A stretch of DNA of 55,647 bases. Source: an uncultured bacterium (lineage in GTDB: Bacteria > Pseudomonadota > Gammaproteobacteria > Burkholderiales > SG8-39). The notes beneath the pieces were generated by a model. It saw only the letters and a list, made by a program, of their open reading frames with translations. It had not been told where the DNA came from and did no database searches. Below are positions 32,902 through 42,728 of this stretch, in pieces. Made by a program: the position numbers and the translations under genes. The stretch covers positions 1-55,647 of the forward strand of contig CBDDSA010000059.1 in NCBI GenBank assembly GCA_965233185.1, given 5' to 3'. Every line of letters starts with the position of its first letter. Position 1 is the stretch's first letter.

Positions 32902-34729
32902 GAACGAAGCCGAAGAACTGGTAGATGCCGACGACCGGCGCATCGGCCGGGCCTTCGGTATTTCGCTCTGGGTGATCGGCGCTGCCGGCTTGCTGGTCAT
33001 CATCGGCTACCTCATCAGCACGGCGCCGAAGGCGGTCGTGCCCATCAAGGAAACGCTGATCCGGGCGCCGCTGCCGCCGGACGCGCCGCCAGTCGCAGCG
33101 GCGCCCGCACCGTTCCGCGACGTGACCCGCGCGTCCGGCGTACGCTTCGTGCACCGCAACGGCGCCTACGGAGGGAAGCTGCTCCCCGAGACCATGGGGG
33201 GCGGCGTCGCGGTGCTCGACGTGCGCGGCAACGGCCGGGCCGACCTCGTGTTCGTAAACTCAGGCTCCTGGACCCCCGAGAAAGTCGGCGTTGCCGACCC
33301 GACGCTGCACTTGTATCTCAACGACGGCAAGGGGCAGTTCCGCGACGCGACCGCCGGTTCCGGCCTGGATGCGGAGCGCCTCTACGGCATGGGCATCGCC
33401 ACGGGCGACTTCGACAACGACGGTTTCGACGACCTCCTCTTGACCGGCGTCGGCGGGGTGCGCCTGTTCCGTAACCTTTCCGGCAGCGGCAGATTCGCCG
33501 ACGTCACGCGCGAGGCCGGCATCGCCTCGGCAGCCGAGGACTGGTACACCTGTGCAGCCTTCGTCGATACCGACAATGATGGTTGGCTCGACATCTTCCT
33601 CTGCCGCTATGTGCAATGGTCGCGCGAGATCGACCGCGCCATCGATTTCCGCCTGACCGGCGTCGGCCGCGCCTACGGCCAGCCGACCAGCTTCGAGGGC
33701 ACCTCGCCGCGGCTGCTGCGCAATCTGGGCAACCGCAGGTTCGTCGACGTTAGCGAGAAGGCCGGCATGCGTGTGCTGAACCCGGCTACCGGCCAACCCG
33801 TCGCCAAGTCCCTCGGCGTGCTACCCGTGGACGTCGACCGCGACGGCTGGATCGATCTCGTGGTGGCGAACGACACGGTGCGCAACTTCCTGTTCCTCAA
33901 CCGCAAGGGCGTGTTCGAGGAGGCCGGGATGAAAAGCGGCCTGGCATACGACGTGAACGGCAATGCACGCGGCGCGATGGGTATCGACGCCGCGAGGCTG
34001 GGCGACGCCGGGCAGCTCGCCGTCGCCATGGGCAACTTCGCGAACGAGATGTCTTCGTTCTACGTCGGCGGGTCCGGCGCGCGCTTTGACGACCACTCTA
34101 TAGTCTCGGGCATCGGCCCGGCGACGCGCCGCGCGCTCACCTTCGGCGTGCTGTTCCTGGATTACGACCTCGACGGCCGCGCGGATCTGTTCCACGCCAA
34201 CGGTCACATCGAGGACGAGATCAGCAAGGTGCAGGCGAGCCAGCAGTATGCGCAGCCGATGCAGCTCTTCTGGAACTGCGGCGAGGCGTGCCCGCAGCCT
34301 TACGTGGAGGTTCCGCAGAAGGAGCGCGGCGCGCTGGCGCAGGCGATCGTCGGCCGCGGCGCCGCCTATGCCGACCTCGACGGGGACGGCGACCTCGACC
34401 TGGTCGTGACGCAGATCGGTCGGCCGGCGCTCGTGCTGCGCAACGACCAAGCGAGCGGCCATCACTGGCTGCGCGTGCGCCTGGAAGGCTCGGGCAAGGT
34501 CAATCGCGACGCCATCGGCAGCTGGATCGAGGTCACCGCCGGCGGCACCACGCGTCGCGGGCAGGTGATGCCCACGCGCAGCTATCTCTCGCAGGTCGAG
34601 CGCACGCTGACGTTCGGCCTCGGCACGGCGACCCGCGTGGACAATCTCACCGTGCACTGGAGCGACGGCACCCGCCAGGCGGTTGAAGTACCCGGGGTAG
34701 ACCGGGTGCTTTCGATCAGGAAGCCGTAG
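32891..34729 (+). CDS. CRTAC1-like FG-GAP/ASPIC-UnbV protein, N-terminally membrane anchored
   Basis: TM anchor; LPETMGGGVA, GDFDNDG, DVDRDGW.D..VANDT, GAMG, GRGAAYADLDGDGDLD, NRDAIG..SYLSQ..FGLG. Confidence 0.88.
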   Translation: MASRNEAEELVDADDRRIGRAFGISLWVIGAAGLLVIIGYLISTAPKAVVPIKETLIRAPLPPDAPPVAAAPAPFRDVTRASGVRFVHRNGAYGGKLLPETMGGGVAVLDVRGNGRADLVFVNSGSWTPEKVGVADPTLHLYLNDGKGQFRDATAGSGLDAERLYGMGIATGDFDNDGFDDLLLTGVGGVRLFRNLSGSGRFADVTREAGIASAAEDWYTCAAFVDTDNDGWLDIFLCRYVQWSREIDRAIDFRLTGVGRAYGQPTSFEGTSPRLLRNLGNRRFVDVSEKAGMRVLNPATGQPVAKSLGVLPVDVDRDGWIDLVVANDTVRNFLFLNRKGVFEEAGMKSGLAYDVNGNARGAMGIDAARLGDAGQLAVAMGNFANEMSSFYVGGSGARFDDHSIVSGIGPATRRALTFGVLFLDYDLDGRADLFHANGHIEDEISKVQASQQYAQPMQLFWNCGEACPQPYVEVPQKERGALAQAIVGRGAAYADLDGDGDLDLVVTQIGRPALVLRNDQASGHHWLRVRLEGSGKVNRDAIGSWIEVTAGGTTRRGQVMPTRSYLSQVERTLTFGLGTATRVDNLTVHWSDGTRQAVEVPGVDRVLSIRKP

Positions 34730-36338
34730 GAACGCGCGCGGCCGCAGGGCTGCGCGGGTAGAACACAGGATCCTCGGTCGGCCAGCCGCGACGGGCGGGC
34801 TTGCGGCTTTGATACAGCCGCAGGTTCGTCGCAAGGAATCCCTGGTCAACCGGGGTTTTCGAGCGCTGGTAGCCGATGATCGTCTCCTGCTGCAGCTTCG
34901 TAGCCTCGTCGAAGCGGCGGTTCTCGGCGAGCGCCATGGCATAGGTCTGCCCCACCGCCAGGCTGCGCGTGGCCTCGAACAGCTCCTTCGCGAGCGCGAG
35001 GGCGCGCTTGGCGTCGCGCGCCGCCGCCTGCGGCGCCGTGGCGAGCACGCGGGCGAGCGAATTCATCAGCTCGCCGCTGCGCGGCTCGGCGGCGAGCGCA
35101 TCCTCTAGCACCCCGCGCGCTTCCACGTAGCGGCCGGATTTGATCAGCGCCATGCCGAGCGAGTGCGCCACCCTGGCCGAATAGCCGCCGCCATCCAGTG
35201 CGCGGCGGTAATGCTTCGCCGCCTCATTCGCCGCACCCGCGCGCAACTCGAGATCGGCGAGGTACACGAGAGCCTGGACGTTGTCCGGATCGCGACGCAC
35301 CGCGGCGAGGTAGTGCTCCAGCGCAGCCTTGTCGTCTCCGAGCCGGTCGTGCACCACCGCAAGGCTGAAATGCGCCACAGCATTGCCGTCATCCAGCCGC
35401 ACCGACTCGGTCAGCTCGTCGCGCGCTTCGGACACCTTGCCGAGGTTGGCGAGCGAGATCCCCAGGTTTGCGCGCGCCTCGGCGCTGCCGGGAGCCGAGT
35501 GCACCGCCGCCCGGAAGGCCTGCTCGGCGAGGTCGAAGCGACCCTCCTTGCCGTAGCGCTGGCCGCGGCGCAGAAGCACGCGGGACACCACGACCTTGGC
35601 GCTCATCAGGTCGACCGTCGGGTCGGCGACGCCGGGCTCGGGGCCGTTGGGCACGTGCCGCGCGAGGTTCGCCTGCGCGTTCGCCGTGTCACCCAGCCCG
35701 CGGTAAGCCATCGCGAGCGGATGCCGCAGGCGGCTCGCGTTTGGCCAGAGCCTGAGCGCGCCTTCAAGGTTCTCGACCGCCTGCAGGTAGCGCTTTTGCG
35801 CGAGCGCCGTCTTGCCCAGGCCGGCGAGCGCCGCTGCTTGCGCTTCCTTATTGCTTTTTGCCTTTTCGAACAAGGCTTGCGCCTTGTCCATTTCGCCGCT
35901 CTGGAAGTAAAGCTGCGCGAGGTAGATCTGAGTCGGCGCATCGTCCTGGTTGAGCGCGTGGACCGCCTCGAAGGTTCTCAGCGCCTCCGGAAGTCTGCTC
36001 GCATCGGCGTACAGATGCGCAAGGAGGTACGGCCAGCGCGTGTCTCGCGGGGCGAGCTTGCGGGCGTTGAGGTACGCAGCTTCGGCCGGGGTCGGCAAGT
36101 CCTGCGCGTGGTACACCATCGCCAGCTCGCCGTAGGCGGCGGCGAGCTCGGCGCGGGCGGCCGAGCGCTGCTTCACGGTATCGAACTGCACATGCGCTTC
36201 GGCGATGCGCGCTCGCACCGCCGCCTCGAGGTTGCTCGTATCCGTGGGCGGAATCGGTATCAGGTCCCCGACGGGAGCGTCACAGCCCGCGGCCAGCAGC
36301 CACAGCACGAGGCCCACAACACGAAAAGCGGCTGTCAT
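34716..36338 (-). CDS. TPR-repeat lipoprotein
   Basis: Lipobox AAGC; many TPR-like helical repeats; NSLARVLAT..RDAKRALALA C-terminus; ATGA overlap with the upstream gene. Confidence 0.85.
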   Translation of the reverse strand: MTAAFRVVGLVLWLLAAGCDAPVGDLIPIPPTDTSNLEAAVRARIAEAHVQFDTVKQRSAARAELAAAYGELAMVYHAQDLPTPAEAAYLNARKLAPRDTRWPYLLAHLYADASRLPEALRTFEAVHALNQDDAPTQIYLAQLYFQSGEMDKAQALFEKAKSNKEAQAAALAGLGKTALAQKRYLQAVENLEGALRLWPNASRLRHPLAMAYRGLGDTANAQANLARHVPNGPEPGVADPTVDLMSAKVVVSRVLLRRGQRYGKEGRFDLAEQAFRAAVHSAPGSAEARANLGISLANLGKVSEARDELTESVRLDDGNAVAHFSLAVVHDRLGDDKAALEHYLAAVRRDPDNVQALVYLADLELRAGAANEAAKHYRRALDGGGYSARVAHSLGMALIKSGRYVEARGVLEDALAAEPRSGELMNSLARVLATAPQAAARDAKRALALAKELFEATRSLAVGQTYAMALAENRRFDEATKLQQETIIGYQRSKTPVDQGFLATNLRLYQSRKPARRGWPTEDPVFYPRSPAAARVPTAS

Positions 36339-38032
36339 TTGCCCTGGCCTTGAACCAGCGTTGCATAGGTGCGCAACGGCGGTGCGGCAAACTGCTCCCT
36401 CGAGCCGTCGGGCCAGTGCACCAATAGCGCCTCGATCTCGCTCGCTGCGCCCAACCCGACCAGCACGCGCGGGTCGTTGGCCGACAGGTAGCTACCGTCG
36501 GCGCGCACGCGGCGCCAAAGCGTGGGCGCGCCCTTGCGCCGGATCTCCACCCTCGCGCCGTAGGCATCGCGACGACCCGTAAGCAGGCGCAGGCCAAGCC
36601 AGTTGCGCGCCGCCCCGACGCCATTGCGGAAGATGCGCAGCCGGCCGTTGTTGTTGCTCACCACGAAGTCGCTGGCCCCGTCGTTGTCGAGGTCGCCCAC
36701 GGCGAGGCCGCGGCCCACCTCCGACAGCGCAAAGGCCGGTCCGGCGCTGGCGGTGACCTCCTCGAAGCGGCCGTTGCCCAGGTTGCGCAGCAGCTGCTTG
36801 ACCTGGTGCAGCGGCAGCGGGTCGCGCGCGCGCACCAGCTTCTCGATAACATGCACCGCGCCGTTGGTAATCACCAGGTCCAGCCAACCGTCGTTGTCGT
36901 AATCGAAGAAGGCGGTGCCGAACCCGGTGTAGGGCGTCGTCGGCAGGTAGAGCCCGACCGAAGCGCTGCGATCCTCAAACTGACCCTTGCCGAGGTTGAC
37001 GAATAGCGTCGCCTTCTCGTGGGTCAGGTGGGTAACGAGCACGTCCTCGGTGCCGTTACCGTCATAGTCGGCGGCATCGATGCCCATGCCGGCTTCGGGC
37101 GCACCGTCGGCATTCACCGCGGCACCGCGCAGCTCGGCCTCATTGCGGAAGGTGCCGTTCTTCTGGTTGATCCAAAGATGGTTCGGGTTGCCATCATTAG
37201 CAACGAACAGATCCTGCCAGCCGTCGCCGTCGAGGTCCGCGGCGATCACGCCTAGCCCGTTGCCGAATGCCCGCGTGATTCCCGCCTTGACCGACACGTC
37301 CTCGAAGCGGCCGTTGCCGCGATTGCGGTAGAGAATGCCCGGGACGGCCGGATAAGTCGTCGGTGCGCAATAGTCGCGCGCACTGGTGTAGTTATGGCAC
37401 TTCTTGTCCTTCTGCACCGAGTAGTCGACGTAGTTGGCCACGTAAAGGTCGAGCAGCCCGTCGCGGTCGAAGTCAAAGAAGGTTGCGCTCGAGCCCCAGC
37501 GTCCGGCGCCGGCAACACCCGCCGCGCGCGTCGAGTCGACGAAAGTGCCGTCACCATTGTTGCGGAACAGCTGGCTGGGCGAGCCGAAGTGCGTGATGAA
37601 CACGTCGACGTCACCGTCGTTGTCGATGTCGCCGTAGGCAATGCCCATGCCGTAGCCGTGCGAGCAGAGGCTGGATTTTTCCGTGACGTCGGTAAAGCGC
37701 GCCGCGCTCGGCGAGTCGTTGCGGTACAGGCGCGCCCCGCACGAGCGTGGCTTTTGCGGCTGCTGCTCGCCGAGCGCGCCGCCTTGAAGTGCGAGGATAT
37801 CCAGCCGGCCGTCGTTGTCATAGTCGAGGAGCGCCAAGCCGGAACCGATGATCTCTGAAAAATAATACTGGCCGCTCATCCCATTGACATGTCTGAATTC
37901 GACCCCCGCCGCGTCGGTGACATCGACGAAAATTTCCCGTGCCACCTCGGGTTTCGGCGCTGCGGGTTCAGGGCCGCAAGCCGACAGCGACAGGACCAAG
38001 GCCAATGGGACAATGCAGCTCACTCGAATCAT
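36335..38032 (-). CDS. CRTAC1-like FG-GAP/ASPIC-UnbV lipoprotein
   Basis: Lipobox LSAC; EIIGSGLALLDYDNDG, YGMG, DFDRDG.LD.YVANY, EAGMG, GRGLAVGDLDNDG, GSYLSA..VGLG. Confidence 0.88.
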   Translation of the reverse strand: MIRVSCIVPLALVLSLSACGPEPAAPKPEVAREIFVDVTDAAGVEFRHVNGMSGQYYFSEIIGSGLALLDYDNDGRLDILALQGGALGEQQPQKPRSCGARLYRNDSPSAARFTDVTEKSSLCSHGYGMGIAYGDIDNDGDVDVFITHFGSPSQLFRNNGDGTFVDSTRAAGVAGAGRWGSSATFFDFDRDGLLDLYVANYVDYSVQKDKKCHNYTSARDYCAPTTYPAVPGILYRNRGNGRFEDVSVKAGITRAFGNGLGVIAADLDGDGWQDLFVANDGNPNHLWINQKNGTFRNEAELRGAAVNADGAPEAGMGIDAADYDGNGTEDVLVTHLTHEKATLFVNLGKGQFEDRSASVGLYLPTTPYTGFGTAFFDYDNDGWLDLVITNGAVHVIEKLVRARDPLPLHQVKQLLRNLGNGRFEEVTASAGPAFALSEVGRGLAVGDLDNDGASDFVVSNNNGRLRIFRNGVGAARNWLGLRLLTGRRDAYGARVEIRRKGAPTLWRRVRADGSYLSANDPRVLVGLGAASEIEALLVHWPDGSREQFAAPPLRTYATLVQGQGK

Positions 38033-38108
38033 TGTAGCGGCGCGGCTTCTACGCTTTCGTTGCGCGTCATTGTATGATGCCGGTTCCATAGGCTAGCGGG
38101 TTCCCTGT

Positions 38109-38888
38109 ATGAGCGCCATCCCCAAACCCATCCAGTCCTCCCTGCGCGACCGCGTCAGCCAGGAAGAGTGGCAGATGCGCGTGGACCTCGCCGCGGCCTA
38201 CCAGCTCGCGCACCTGAACAGGTGGACCGACCTCATCTACACGCATTTCTCCGCGCGCGTGCCGGGCACCGAGGATTTCCTCATCAATCCCTACGGCCTG
38301 ATGTTCGACGAGATCACGGCGTCGAACCTGGTGAAGATCGACTGGAACGGCAGGATCCTGGACGACCCGCTGGGCATGGGGGTGAACGAGGCGGGCTTCG
38401 TGATCCACAGCTGCGTGCACAAGGCGCGGCCGGAGGTGGCCTGCGTGATCCACACGCATACGCGCGCCGGCGTGGCGGTATCCGCGATGAAGTGCGGCCT
38501 GCTGCCGATCAGCCAGCACGCCATGATGATCCAGGCGAACGTCGCCTACCACGACTACGAAGGCATCGCGCTGTACCTGGAAGAGCAGGAGCGCATGGCG
38601 CGCGACCTGGGCAAGAGCGCCAAGGCGATGATCCTGCGCAACCACGGCCTGCTCGCGCTCGGCACGACGGTGCGCGAGGCCTTCGAGGTGATGTACTACC
38701 TCGACTGCGCCTGCCAGATCCAGATCGACGCCTGCGCCGGCGGCCTGCACAACGTGCAGCTCATGTCGGCGGCAGCGGCGAAGACTTCCAGCGAGCAGTT
38801 CAACCGCCCCAACCGCCCGGCGCACCACAAGGACTGGCCGGCGCTGCTGCGCATGCTCGAGCGCCGCGGCGTCAGGTACGCTGAATAA
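38109..38888 (+). CDS. class II aldolase/adducin family protein
   Basis: DLAAAY, YTHFSARVP, FDEITASNL, GFVIHS, HTHT, LRNHG motifs. Confidence 0.92.
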   Translation: MSAIPKPIQSSLRDRVSQEEWQMRVDLAAAYQLAHLNRWTDLIYTHFSARVPGTEDFLINPYGLMFDEITASNLVKIDWNGRILDDPLGMGVNEAGFVIHSCVHKARPEVACVIHTHTRAGVAVSAMKCGLLPISQHAMMIQANVAYHDYEGIALYLEEQERMARDLGKSAKAMILRNHGLLALGTTVREAFEVMYYLDCACQIQIDACAGGLHNVQLMSAAAAKTSSEQFNRPNRPAHHKDWPALLRMLERRGVRYAE

Positions 38889-38894
38889 GCAAGC

Positions 38895-40079
38895 TCAGCT
38901 GCGCTGAACGGCGGCGATGCGGCCGCGCTGCAGCTGCAGCACCGTCGCCACCGACAGCAGCATGCAGCCGAAGATCACGTAGAACACGCCCTGCGGCATG
39001 CCGTGGTCGATGAGCATGCCGTAGAACACCGGCATGGCGAGCGAGCCGACGTCCAGCCCGGAATACACGAAGCCGTAGACCCGGCCCGCCGCCCCGGGCG
39101 GCGTGGCCGCGCGCACGATCAGGTCGCGCGACGGGTAGGTGACGCCGGCGAAGAAGCCGGTGAGCGCCAGCACCGCCGGCAGCGCGGCGCCGGACACCGC
39201 GCCCGCGGCGACCGGCAGCACGAAAAGCGCCGCCACCAGCAAGCCGCCCACCGCCACCAGGTCGTGGCGCGGCAGGCGTGCCGCCACCACGCCGCCGGCG
39301 AGCATGCCGCCGGCGTTGCCCAGCATGTAGGCGGTGATGGCCGAAGCGGCGAGCGCGGTGCTCAGGCCGAACTGCATCTGCATGGCGGCGATGCCGAAGC
39401 TCGACAACCCGACGTAGCTCGCGCCCCAGATGGCGAAGAAAGCGAAGCACACGAGCACCGGGAAGGAGCGCAGCACGCGCGCGTCGTGCGCCATCGGCTG
39501 CCGGCGCTGCGGCGGCTGGGCGACGTGCAGGAGGTGCGAGTGGGCGAGCAGCACGATCAGCACCACGGCGCCGACCGCCGCAGTGGCGAGCAGCGCCGCA
39601 TGCCACCCGTACAGCGCCGCCACCCCGGCGCTGAACACCGGCGCGGCGGCGAAGCCGAGCTGCCCCGCCACCCCGTGCGCGCTGAAGGCATAGCCGAGGT
39701 TGGGCTGCGACACGCGGCCGTTCAGGATGGAGAAGTCGGCAGGATGGAACACGCTGTTGCCCACGCCCATCACCACCGCGCCGAGCGCGAGCAGCGGCGC
39801 GCCGCCCGCCAGGCTCATGAGCACGGCGCCCAGCGTCATCAGGCCGACGCCGCCGAGCAGCACGCCGCGCCCGCCGATGCGGTCCACCACGAACCCGGCG
39901 AAAGGCTGCAGCACCGCCGACACGGCAAAAAACAGCATCATCACCACGCCCAGCGCCGAGAACGACACGTCCAGCTCGTGGCTGATCAGCGGAAACAGCG
40001 GCGCGAGCGCGAGCTGGAAAAAATGGCTGACCGCGTGGGCGCCGGCCACGAGGCCGATGGTCACCGCGTCCTTCTTCAT
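38895..40079 (-). CDS. MFS transporter (Fsr-like)
   Basis: AHAVSH, QPFAGFVVDRIG, GNSVFHP; about 12 hydrophobic segments. Confidence 0.88.
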   Translation of the reverse strand: MKKDAVTIGLVAGAHAVSHFFQLALAPLFPLISHELDVSFSALGVVMMLFFAVSAVLQPFAGFVVDRIGGRGVLLGGVGLMTLGAVLMSLAGGAPLLALGAVVMGVGNSVFHPADFSILNGRVSQPNLGYAFSAHGVAGQLGFAAAPVFSAGVAALYGWHAALLATAAVGAVVLIVLLAHSHLLHVAQPPQRRQPMAHDARVLRSFPVLVCFAFFAIWGASYVGLSSFGIAAMQMQFGLSTALAASAITAYMLGNAGGMLAGGVVAARLPRHDLVAVGGLLVAALFVLPVAAGAVSGAALPAVLALTGFFAGVTYPSRDLIVRAATPPGAAGRVYGFVYSGLDVGSLAMPVFYGMLIDHGMPQGVFYVIFGCMLLSVATVLQLQRGRIAAVQRS

Positions 40080-40843
40080 TTCAGCCGGTCCACGAACTCG
40101 GTTACGGCGGCCAGGGTCCGGTCGGGCTGGTCGCGAAACGGCGTGTGGCCGCAATCGTCCAGCTTCAGGAGCTCGCACGGGCCGCCGACATGGCGCGCGA
40201 TCTCGTCCAGCTGCGCCATTGTGCCGTATTCGTCGGCGTAGCCCTGGATGGCGAGCACCGGAACGCGAATTTTCGTGAGGTAATCCTCGCGGATGTCCCA
40301 GCGCTTGAAGTTCTCCTGGGTCCAGACGTCGGCCCAGCCGTAGAACGTCCTGCGCGCGTCGCGGTGGTAGCGCCCCAGCTTCTCGGGAAGATCGGTGGTT
40401 TCGAACACCGCCTTCGCCTTCTGGATGGAGGAAAGGCACACCGGCTCGATGAACACGTGCGGCGCCATGGCGACCACGCCGCGCGCGCGATAGCCGGCGC
40501 CAGCGTGGATCAGCGCGATCGACGCGCCGTCCGAATGGCCGATGAGCACGCAGTCCTCGACCCCAAGACCCTTTCTCAGATCAGGCAGGAACGCGAGCGC
40601 TTCGTCATGCATGAAGCGCTCGGTGCGCCGCGGCTCCTGCAGCACGTCCGACTGGCCGTAGCCGTAGCGGTCGTACACCAGCGCCGGACAGCCGGTGGCG
40701 GCGACCACGCGGGCGGGAAAATCGCGCCACTGGCGTATCGAGCCCAGGCCCTCGTGCAGGAACACCAGCACCGGCGCGCTGCGCGACTCGCTTCCGATCC
40801 GCTCATAGCTGAGCGAGCGGCCTACCGCTTCCACGAAGGGCAT
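40076..40843 (-). CDS. alpha/beta hydrolase
   Basis: FLHEGLG, YDRYGYG, GHSDG nucleophile elbow, DEYG, CGHTP. Confidence 0.9.
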   Translation of the reverse strand: MPFVEAVGRSLSYERIGSESRSAPVLVFLHEGLGSIRQWRDFPARVVAATGCPALVYDRYGYGQSDVLQEPRRTERFMHDEALAFLPDLRKGLGVEDCVLIGHSDGASIALIHAGAGYRARGVVAMAPHVFIEPVCLSSIQKAKAVFETTDLPEKLGRYHRDARRTFYGWADVWTQENFKRWDIREDYLTKIRVPVLAIQGYADEYGTMAQLDEIARHVGGPCELLKLDDCGHTPFRDQPDRTLAAVTEFVDRLK

Positions 40844-40879
40844 CGGACGAGTTTACCTCGCAGGCGATAATGCCCTTTC

Positions 40880-41773
40880 ATGCGTTTCGCCGCGTGGCTG
40901 GTGCTGCTCGCCACCCTGTTGCTGTGGTCCGGGAACTGGATCGTGGCGCGCGCGGTGCGCGAGGACATCGCGCCCGGCATCGCGACGATGGGCCGGCTGC
41001 TGATCGTGCTCGCGCTCCTCGCGCCCTTCGCCTTGCGCGGCCTGCGGGTGAAGTGGCCGCGCCTGAGCCGCCGCGACTGGGCCATCCTCGCCGCCATGGG
41101 ATTCACCGGCGGCGGCCTGCACCTGGCGCTGCAGTGGCTCGGCCTGCACTACACCACCGCCACCAGCGGCATCCTGTACCTCTCCACCACCCCGATCTTC
41201 ATCCTGCTGATGGCAGCGCCGCTGCTGGGCGAGCGCATCGGCCTGCACCAGTGGCTCGGCGTGGCCATCTCGTTCGGCGGGGTCTACCTCATCGCCACGC
41301 ACGGACGCCCGGCGCTGCTCGCGTTCAACCGCGGCGACATGATGGCGCTCGCCTCGATGGTCATGTGGGCGGGCTACACCATCCTGCTGCGCCTGCGGCG
41401 CGATCCCCTGGATACGGCCGAGCTGCTGATCATGGTATGCGGCCTGGGGGTACTGTTCATGGCGCCCTGGATCGCCTTCGAAATCGCGGCACGCCCGATC
41501 CTGCGCCTGAACGCGGCGGGTGCGGCCGCGGTGCTCTATTCCGCGATCGGCTCGCTGCTGCTCGCCTACATCGGCTGGGGCTATGTGGTGAAGCGGCTGG
41601 GCGCGGCGCGCGCCGGCGTCACGCTGCACCTCATGCCGGCCCTGGGCGTGGTGCTCTCGGCGATCTTTTTGGGCGAGTATCCGCAGTGGTTCCACTTCGC
41701 CGGCATCGGCCTGGTGCTCGCCGGAGTCGGCCTGTCGAGCGCTAGAGCTTCATCGGCTTCCAGTGGCCGGTGA
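40880..41773 (+). CDS. DMT/EamA family transporter
   Basis: LLWSGNWIVAR, TTATSG, LLGERI, FLGE; about 10 TM helices. Confidence 0.88.
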   Translation: MRFAAWLVLLATLLLWSGNWIVARAVREDIAPGIATMGRLLIVLALLAPFALRGLRVKWPRLSRRDWAILAAMGFTGGGLHLALQWLGLHYTTATSGILYLSTTPIFILLMAAPLLGERIGLHQWLGVAISFGGVYLIATHGRPALLAFNRGDMMALASMVMWAGYTILLRLRRDPLDTAELLIMVCGLGVLFMAPWIAFEIAARPILRLNAAGAAAVLYSAIGSLLLAYIGWGYVVKRLGAARAGVTLHLMPALGVVLSAIFLGEYPQWFHFAGIGLVLAGVGLSSARASSASSGR

Positions 41774-42728
41774 GCTCGAGGTAGCCGCGCCCGACGGCCT
41801 GCGCGCCGCGATAGGCGCTCACCGCGCCTTCCCAGTAGATGGTGCCGGTGCTTGCGCGCGAATCGAGCTCCTGGTCGTCCATCAGCGGCTCCAGGCGCAG
41901 GCCGTTCACCTCCATGGACACCGGGTACTCGACGCCGGTGCGCGGCGAGCGCCATAGCCGCAACGGCTTCATCGACACGCCCGGCGGCGCGAAATGCGTC
42001 CGACCGGCGCGGTCGCGGATGCGAAACGCCATGAGCGATCCACCGTCGTCCAGGTTGATCCCGGCCCAGTCCCAGCCGGCTGCCTCGGGCGCGAGGTAGG
42101 CGCTCGACCATTCGTGGTCGAGCCAGGCCTGGCCGGTCACCGCCTTGCCGTCGAGCTCGCCCGCCACCTGCAGGTGCGGCCGGCTGTAGTAGTAGCTCGC
42201 CTCGTGCGGCCGGTGGCCCTTGCGGCTGAAGCCGCCCTCGCCCTGCAGCACGATCGAATCGGCCAGCAGGGAAAGCTCGAAGCGAAAGTCGCGCGCCGCG
42301 ACGCGCGCCTGGTAGCGGCTGCCCTCCAGCTCGAGGCTCCAATCGTTGATGGTGACGCCGGTACGCCCGGTCTCCGCCTGCGCCAGGCCGAACCCCGCAC
42401 GCGCGGCGCGCTCGTCGTGCAGCAGGCGGCCGCGCCCGGGGTCGGACAACGCGGCGTGCGCAAACAGTATCTGCCGCGGGGTGAAGCGGCTCGGGTTGTC
42501 GCTGTGCTCCTCCGGCCGCGCGCGAAAGAAGGTGATCTGGAAGCCCAGGGGGCCGTCCAGCCAGCCGGTGACGTACCACCACTCGATGCGGTACTCCGGG
42601 TGCGCGCCGTGGTCGCGCGGGAAAGAGAACCGGTACGCGGGGCTCACCTGCGGATAGTCGACCTTCGCGGCCTGCGCGCCCGCCATGCCCAGGAGCGGAA
42701 CGGCCTTGAGGAAATCGCGCCGTCTCAC
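41742..42728 (-). CDS. Tat-exported lipocalin-like AttH/CrtC-family protein
   Basis: RRRDFLK Tat signal; FPRDHGAHP..EWWY, SYYYS, WLDHEWS, WDW, YWEG, GYLELTG. Confidence 0.85.
   Translation of the reverse strand: MRRRDFLKAVPLLGMAGAQAAKVDYPQVSPAYRFSFPRDHGAHPEYRIEWWYVTGWLDGPLGFQITFFRARPEEHSDNPSRFTPRQILFAHAALSDPGRGRLLHDERAARAGFGLAQAETGRTGVTINDWSLELEGSRYQARVAARDFRFELSLLADSIVLQGEGGFSRKGHRPHEASYYYSRPHLQVAGELDGKAVTGQAWLDHEWSSAYLAPEAAGWDWAGINLDDGGSLMAFRIRDRAGRTHFAPPGVSMKPLRLWRSPRTGVEYPVSMEVNGLRLEPLMDDQELDSRASTGTIYWEGAVSAYRGAQAVGRGYLELTGHWKPMKL

Noticed and set aside
15249-38032. Enediyne biosynthetic cluster suggested by ASPIC/UnbV domains
   Set aside because: No enediyne PKS, thioesterase or other biosynthetic genes in the window; the proteins are exported or membrane anchored.
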